Source: an uncultured Ruficoccus sp.
GTDB taxonomy: Bacteria > Verrucomicrobiota > Verrucomicrobiia > Opitutales > Cerasicoccaceae
Reading direction: 5' to 3'
Assembly: GCA_965140785.1 (NCBI GenBank)
Contig: OZ223519.1
Coordinates: forward strand, 160,001-224,000
DNA: 64,000 bases
In this document: one piece after another, positions 61,836 to 64,000 of the stretch
Layout: each line of letters opens with the position of its first letter
Numbering within the stretch: position 1 is the first letter of the stretch
Position numbers and translations under genes: made by a program
Notes under the pieces: generated by a model
Database searches by the model: none
What the model was told of the DNA's origin: nothing
The model's input: the letters and a program-made list of their open reading frames with translations, nothing else

Positions 61836-62705
61836 TCAGGTCCGGGCGACCGTTAAGCGGTACTGGCGGGGCGTCATCCCCATGTGTCGCTTGAAGGTCC
61901 GGATGAAGTAGGAGGGTTCGTTAAACCCGCAGGCCCAGCCGACCTCCGAGATGTTGTACGTGGCCTCCTCCAGCAGGGTGCGCGCCTGGGCGATGCGCTC
62001 CTGCGCGATCCAGGTGGTCAGGGTCAGGCCCCGCTGGCGGTGGAACATGCGCGAGAGGTGGTCGGCGGTGCAGTTGAGAGCTTGGGCGATGCCCGCCACG
62101 GTGAGCGTGGATTCGCTCAGGTGCATGCGCGCGAATTTTTCAGCCTCCGACACCAGCAGGGAGTGGGGCTCCGTGTCCGGCTGGGGGGGCTGGCTCAACT
62201 CCGAGCACACGGCGAGCAGAAACGCCTCCAGCACCGCGTGGCAGTAGGCCTTTCGGTGTTTGCGCGACAGGCTCTCCAGATCGGAAACATCATCCAGGTA
62301 GCGGAAGATGTCATGCCCGCGTCCGCCCTGAAGGTGAAAGCGGTCGTAGCCGGTGATCTGATCGGAAATGTCGGATCGCGCGCGCAGCAGATAGACACCG
62401 TCGTGGGCATTCATGAATACGATAATGCCGTAAGGGGTTTTCTTGTTCCGGGGGGATTCGGCATGGGGGACGCCCCTGGGCATGACGCAGATGTCGCCGG
62501 TATTCAGTTGAAAGGTCTGCCCGGCGCAGTCGAAGTCGGTCGCTCCGCCCGTTTGTATAAAGAGTTCGGGGGTGGCGTGAAAGTGCGAGCGCGGGCGCTT
62601 GCGGTGCAGCTCCCGCCGCTGAGGGATGTGCACCCGCAGCTTCCCGGCGCGAAGCCGTGTCAGGCTATCATGAAGATCCTGACTGTAACGCTGGGCGGAG
62701 GACAT
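61836..62705 (-). CDS. AraC-family regulator with cupin domain
   Basis: HFHATPEL cupin motif; C-terminal ISEVGWACGFNEPSYFIRTFK. Confidence 0.9.
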   Translation of the reverse strand: MSSAQRYSQDLHDSLTRLRAGKLRVHIPQRRELHRKRPRSHFHATPELFIQTGGATDFDCAGQTFQLNTGDICVMPRGVPHAESPRNKKTPYGIIVFMNAHDGVYLLRARSDISDQITGYDRFHLQGGRGHDIFRYLDDVSDLESLSRKHRKAYCHAVLEAFLLAVCSELSQPPQPDTEPHSLLVSEAEKFARMHLSESTLTVAGIAQALNCTADHLSRMFHRQRGLTLTTWIAQERIAQARTLLEEATYNISEVGWACGFNEPSYFIRTFKRHMGMTPRQYRLTVART

Positions 62706-62868
62706 GGGGAATGTGAAAAATGCGGATGCCGGATTTGTACTATAAAGCTCGAATCAATCTCACTCTGCCCGCTTGTCAAAGCCAAAGAGTCGTGGCACGG
62801 TTTGGGCCATACTTAAAACCCATAACCCCGAGCGCGATGGATGCGCTCGAAACCCGTAGAAAGCGTTT

Positions 62869-63639
62869 ATGAGTTCACCGATCCGAGTCACCGTCTGGGG
62901 CGAATACCGCCACGAGAAGAAGAATCCCAAAGTCGCCGAAATCTACCCCGAGGGCATGCACGAGGCTATCGCCGGTTTTCTGGGCAAAGAGGCGGACCTG
63001 CAAGTGCGCACCGCCACGCTGGACGAGCCCGAGCACGGGCTGGGCGGCTCTGTCCTCGACGAGACCGATGTGCTCGTGTGGTGGGGGCACATGGCCCATG
63101 GAGAGGTTTCAGACGAAATCGTGGCCCAGGTCAAAACACGTGTCCTGGAAGGGATGGGCCTGATCGTGCTGCACTCCGGCCACTACGCCAAAATTTTCAA
63201 AAGCCTGATGGGCACGACCTGCTCGCTCAAGTGGCGCGAATCCACCGACAAGGAGCGCCTCTGGAACCTGATGCCTTCGCACCCGATCATGCAGGGGATC
63301 GGCGATTACTTTGAAATCCCGCAGGAGGAAATGTACGGTGAGCCCTTCGGCATCCCCACGCCGGACGAGTTACTCATGGTCTCCTGGTTCACCGGCGGGG
63401 AAGTCTTCCGCAGCGGGGCCACCTGGTATCGTGGTAACGGCCGGATCTTCTATTTCCGTCCCGGTCACGAGACTTACCCGACCTACCACCAGGCCGAGGT
63501 GCAGACGGTCATCACCAATGCCGTTCGCTGGGCGCGGGCGACGGTTCGCATCGAGGACGTGTGCCCGAATTCGCCCCCGCTCGAACCTCTGCCCGAGGAC
63601 CCCGAAGCCGCTTCACGCCCGACCGAAGGCTTTAAGTAA
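62869..63639 (+). CDS. thuA: ThuA-domain protein
   Basis: [44 protein letters not shown]. Confidence 0.9.
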   Translation: MSSPIRVTVWGEYRHEKKNPKVAEIYPEGMHEAIAGFLGKEADLQVRTATLDEPEHGLGGSVLDETDVLVWWGHMAHGEVSDEIVAQVKTRVLEGMGLIVLHSGHYAKIFKSLMGTTCSLKWRESTDKERLWNLMPSHPIMQGIGDYFEIPQEEMYGEPFGIPTPDELLMVSWFTGGEVFRSGATWYRGNGRIFYFRPGHETYPTYHQAEVQTVITNAVRWARATVRIEDVCPNSPPLEPLPEDPEAASRPTEGFK

Positions 63640-63723
63640 GCCGGACCGTTGCCGTGGTTTTTATTTGGGGCCTGATCTTTGGAAAGGCCCGGTCCGTTAA
63701 TCCATCTGTATTTTGTTGAGCCC

Positions 63724-64000
63724 ATGAAAAAGACACCCAAACGTTCCGCCCCGGTTCGCCTGGCGGTTATCGGTACCGGCGGCATGGCCAATAACCATGC
63801 CCGCCGCTTCAAGGAAGTCCCCGGCTGCACGCTTGTCGCCGCCGTCGATGTCGTGCGCGAGCGCGTGGAAGCCTTTGCCGGCGAACACGAAATCCCCGAA
63901 GTTTATACCTCGGTCAAGGCCATGCTTGCGGCCGGTACGGTGGACGCGGTCACGATTGTCACGCCCGATCCCTTTCATGCGGAGATTTCGATCCAGTGCC
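63724..64000 (+). CDS. Gfo/Idh/MocA oxidoreductase, 5' part (runs off the window)
   Basis: Manual translation MKKTPKRSAPVRLAVIGTGGMANNH...VDAVTIVTPDPFH. Confidence 0.85.
   Translation, partial: MKKTPKRSAPVRLAVIGTGGMANNHARRFKEVPGCTLVAAVDVVRERVEAFAGEHEIPEVYTSVKAMLAAGTVDAVTIVTPDPFHAEISIQC

Overview
High-GC bacterial chromosomal window, most consistent with Verrucomicrobiota/Opitutales. This taxonomy is inferred from several VPEP-CTERM proteins, PATR-type beta-strand repeats and an nuoB-N operon without nuoA. Layout: xerD; an accessory block (0.9-15 kb) with three PEP-CTERM surface-protein genes, a DEAD-box helicase, yeiH/LysR, an exported GATase-like enzyme and a MITE; tRNA-Ser(GGA); nuoB-N; a low-GC toxin-tip/immunity cassette; yjbQ-folA-thyA; housekeeping genes (ybaB, recR, mdh, DAHP synthase, ygfZ, HU); galK/melA/AraC; a frameshift-split hybrid histidine kinase; an unusual carbohydrate ABC pair; malonyl-CoA decarboxylase; a mannosylfructose/sucrose-type synthase with a phosphatase-invertase fusion; and AraC/ThuA/oxidoreductase. 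Three unannotated structures stand out. (i) A 58-bp imperfect direct repeat brackets an orphan AHH-like nuclease tip plus a DUF4274 gene, resembling a captured immunity cassette. (ii) Two nested, diverged direct duplications (xerD 3' end plus PEP-CTERM tail; helicase leader plus 5' end) record stepwise additive acquisition of PEP-CTERM genes next to xerD. (iii) A covarying multi-hairpin GTAG repeat family is present, and one copy carries a 145-bp structured insert. All homology calls are by eye from motifs; no searches were run.
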